A DNA stretch of 64,000 nt, from the NCBI GenBank assembly GCA_963707635.1, contig OY970173.1, forward strand, positions 2,304,001-2,368,000, written 5' to 3'. Each line of letters opens with the position of its first letter. Within the stretch, counting starts at the first letter, position 1. Below are positions 62,154 through 64,000 of the stretch, piece by piece. This stretch comes from Candidatus Latescibacterota bacterium. GTDB taxonomy: Bacteria > Krumholzibacteriota > Krumholzibacteriia > WVZY01 > JAKEHA01. A model generated the notes under the pieces. That model was not told where the DNA came from. It was given only the letters and a program-made list of their open reading frames with translations, and searched no databases. The position numbers and the translations under genes were made by a program.

Positions 62154-64000
62154 GGCGCCCCCTTCCAGCTCGCGACCAGCGCGCCGGAGAGCGCCAGCAA
62201 GCTCAGGGCGAACGCCGTCACCGACACGGCGGCACTCCGGCTCAGGAGGGACGCGTCGTAGCGAAATGCGATCTCGTGCCGGCCCGCGCCGAGTGCCACC
62301 GCGCGCAGCACGTGGTTCGCGCGCAGGACCTCGGCCGGCGCGCCGTCGACCGTCGCCTTCCAGTCCGGGTAATAGATCTCGCTCACGACCACGATCCCCG
62401 GGCGATCGAGCTCGACCGCGAGCGACAGCTCGCGGTCGGAACGCTTCACCACCGTCACCTGCGCGCTGTCACCGGGCGCCGGTTCGATCGCGGGTTTGCG
62501 ATCCAAGAGCGCGGTGTGGCGAAGGTCGACGTCGCCGGCGGCCAGAAGCGCGGGGGTCTCGTCCGGCGCCGTCACCCGATACGCGCCCGCGACCCACGCG
62601 CGCGGGAACGCGCCCGTGTTCTCGTAGATGGCGCGCTCCTGCTGCTCGAAGTCGTGGCCGTTCCACACCGGCCGCAGGCGCGGCAGCTCGGGCAGCCGCG
62701 TGCCGGACACGATGTAACGCACGTTCATCATGTCGAGCGGCTGGAAGTTGCCGCGGGAGAGACCCTCGGCCAGGGCCTGCAGATACTGCTCGTACCACGA
62801 CAGCTTGGCCGGGTGATACCCGCCGATCGACTCGATGCCGAACACCATGAACCGGTTCGAGGCGAAGAAGGCGGAAAACGGCCGCTGGGGACTGTCCATC
62901 GGGAAGACCCGGAACGGCCCTTCCAGCCGCCGGAGCGCGTCCACCATTTCGTCGGTCGCGGAAAAACGCGCCGTCTCCGCCGGGTCGTGAACCACGCGAT
63001 ACGCATCGTACGGCCGAAACCGCTCCGGGTGCAGGATGAAACGGTCGACCCGGTAGTAGTCGACCATCCCCAGCACCAGCACGCCGGCGGCGAGCAGCGC
63101 GGCGCCAATTCGCCGGCTGGAAACGAACGCGAACACCGTCGCCGCCAGCACGAGTCCGATCAGTGACGTCTGCACCAGATCCCGCGCGAGGAACTCTCCC
63201 GCTATGCGCGCGACCATCCGCTGCTGCTCCGGGTTCTGGGTCGCGCGCACGTGCGACGCGGCCGCGCTCACGAACCCGCCGGTCCAGTACCCCTGCGTGA
63301 AGAGCGCGGCCACAAACGCCGCCCCCGCGACCATCAAGGCGCGCAGCGCCCACCGGCGCGAGTGCCCGCCGCTCGCGCGCGTGAGCACCGCGCTCGCGCC
63401 CGCCGCGAACAACACCACCACCGCGAGCTGCTGCACGATCAGCACCATCACGGGGACGCGGAACTTGCTGAAGTAAGGGAGCCACTGGAAGAGCGGGTTG
63501 TACACGACCGGGAAGAACTTGCCGAACGAAACCAGCGTCGCCACCAGCGCCACGAACGCGGCGAATCCTACCCAGCGTCCGCGGACACCGATCAGCGCCA
63601 CCAGCGCGAACGCGAGCACCACCACCCCGAGATAGTTCGGGTAGTCGGTAAACGGCATGTGGCCGAGATAGAGCTCCTTGCCGAACCCGAACGAGTGCGG
63701 CACCAGGAACGTCAGCATCTCGGTCGGGTGCAGGCTCCACGAGGTGGCGTACCCGTACTCGGCGCCGCCGGCGGCCGACGCCCCGCGAATCGAATACTGC
63801 GCGTAGTCGTGAACCGGTCCGTAGAGCACCGCGCACATGGCGAGCGACATGGCGACGACCGCGGCGAGCACGATCGCAGCGAACCCGACGTCGACGAGCG
63901 CGCGCCGCAGCGGTGGCGCGGTCGCAGCACCCAGCCGCGCGCGCAGGCGCCCGGGCACCGGGGTTTCACCGGCGTCGCGTCCGCGCACGGCGTCGACCAC
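62135..64000 (-). CDS. YfhO-family membrane protein (GT-C-like), 5' end beyond the window
   Basis: TM-rich region, SWSLHP..E, KFRVP, GGYHPAKL, C-terminal SEIYYPDWKATVDG..RANHVLRAV..GRHEI. Confidence 0.82.
   Translation of the reverse strand: MVDAVRGRDAGETPVPGRLRARLGAATAPPLRRALVDVGFAAIVLAAVVAMSLAMCAVLYGPVHDYAQYSIRGASAAGGAEYGYATSWSLHPTEMLTFLVPHSFGFGKELYLGHMPFTDYPNYLGVVVLAFALVALIGVRGRWVGFAAFVALVATLVSFGKFFPVVYNPLFQWLPYFSKFRVPVMVLIVQQLAVVVLFAAGASAVLTRASGGHSRRWALRALMVAGAAFVAALFTQGYWTGGFVSAAASHVRATQNPEQQRMVARIAGEFLARDLVQTSLIGLVLAATVFAFVSSRRIGAALLAAGVLVLGMVDYYRVDRFILHPERFRPYDAYRVVHDPAETARFSATDEMVDALRRLEGPFRVFPMDSPQRPFSAFFASNRFMVFGIESIGGYHPAKLSWYEQYLQALAEGLSRGNFQPLDMMNVRYIVSGTRLPELPRLRPVWNGHDFEQQERAIYENTGAFPRAWVAGAYRVTAPDETPALLAAGDVDLRHTALLDRKPAIEPAPGDSAQVTVVKRSDRELSLAVELDRPGIVVVSEIYYPDWKATVDGAPAEVLRANHVLRAVALGAGRHEIAFRYDASLLSRSAAVSVTAFALSLLALSGALVASWKGAPWKRSS

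Overview
This is a very GC-rich bacterial chromosome segment, with most genes on the minus strand. The FlgD/T9SS-type C-terminal domains, PorZ-like gene and DGGGP-synthase-like UbiA suggest an uncultured FCB-superphylum lineage such as Krumholzibacteriota, Latescibacterota or Eisenbacteria; that placement is inference. Content from left to right: (1) dNK-folK-folB and a TolB-like lipoprotein; (2) groESL with a CIRCE operator; (3) valS, a RodZ-like HTH gene, uvrB, nadC, birA and coaX; (4) envelope genes (sugar dehydrogenase with a CTD, beta-barrel, UbiA, Wzi, TPR); (5) an MglA-like GTPase, MFS transporter, orphan protein, RsbW-like kinase and zinc-ribbon protein; (6) ada, recG and rpmB; (7) a candidate ~117-nt structured sRNA with its own promoter and U-tail; (8) a TPR gene and the dcw cluster mraZ to ftsZ, lacking ddl; (9) a glycan operon of about 16 kb (YfhO, Ppm1, GT2-pseudoPGT, PorZ-like, PglF, DegT, FemAB/GNAT, flippase, GT4, GT-C, methyltransferase). 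Five single-base frameshifts in the first 17 kb (groEL, coaX, uvrB twice, ubiA) look like sequencing errors. I saw no CRISPR, rRNA, tRNA or mobile element. The best leads are the orphan sRNA at 28.7 kb, the PorZ-containing operon that may build an aminoacylated glycan anchor for CTD-sorted proteins, and the MglA/TPR/zinc-ribbon neighbourhood. All family calls come from motif recognition by eye; no searches were run.
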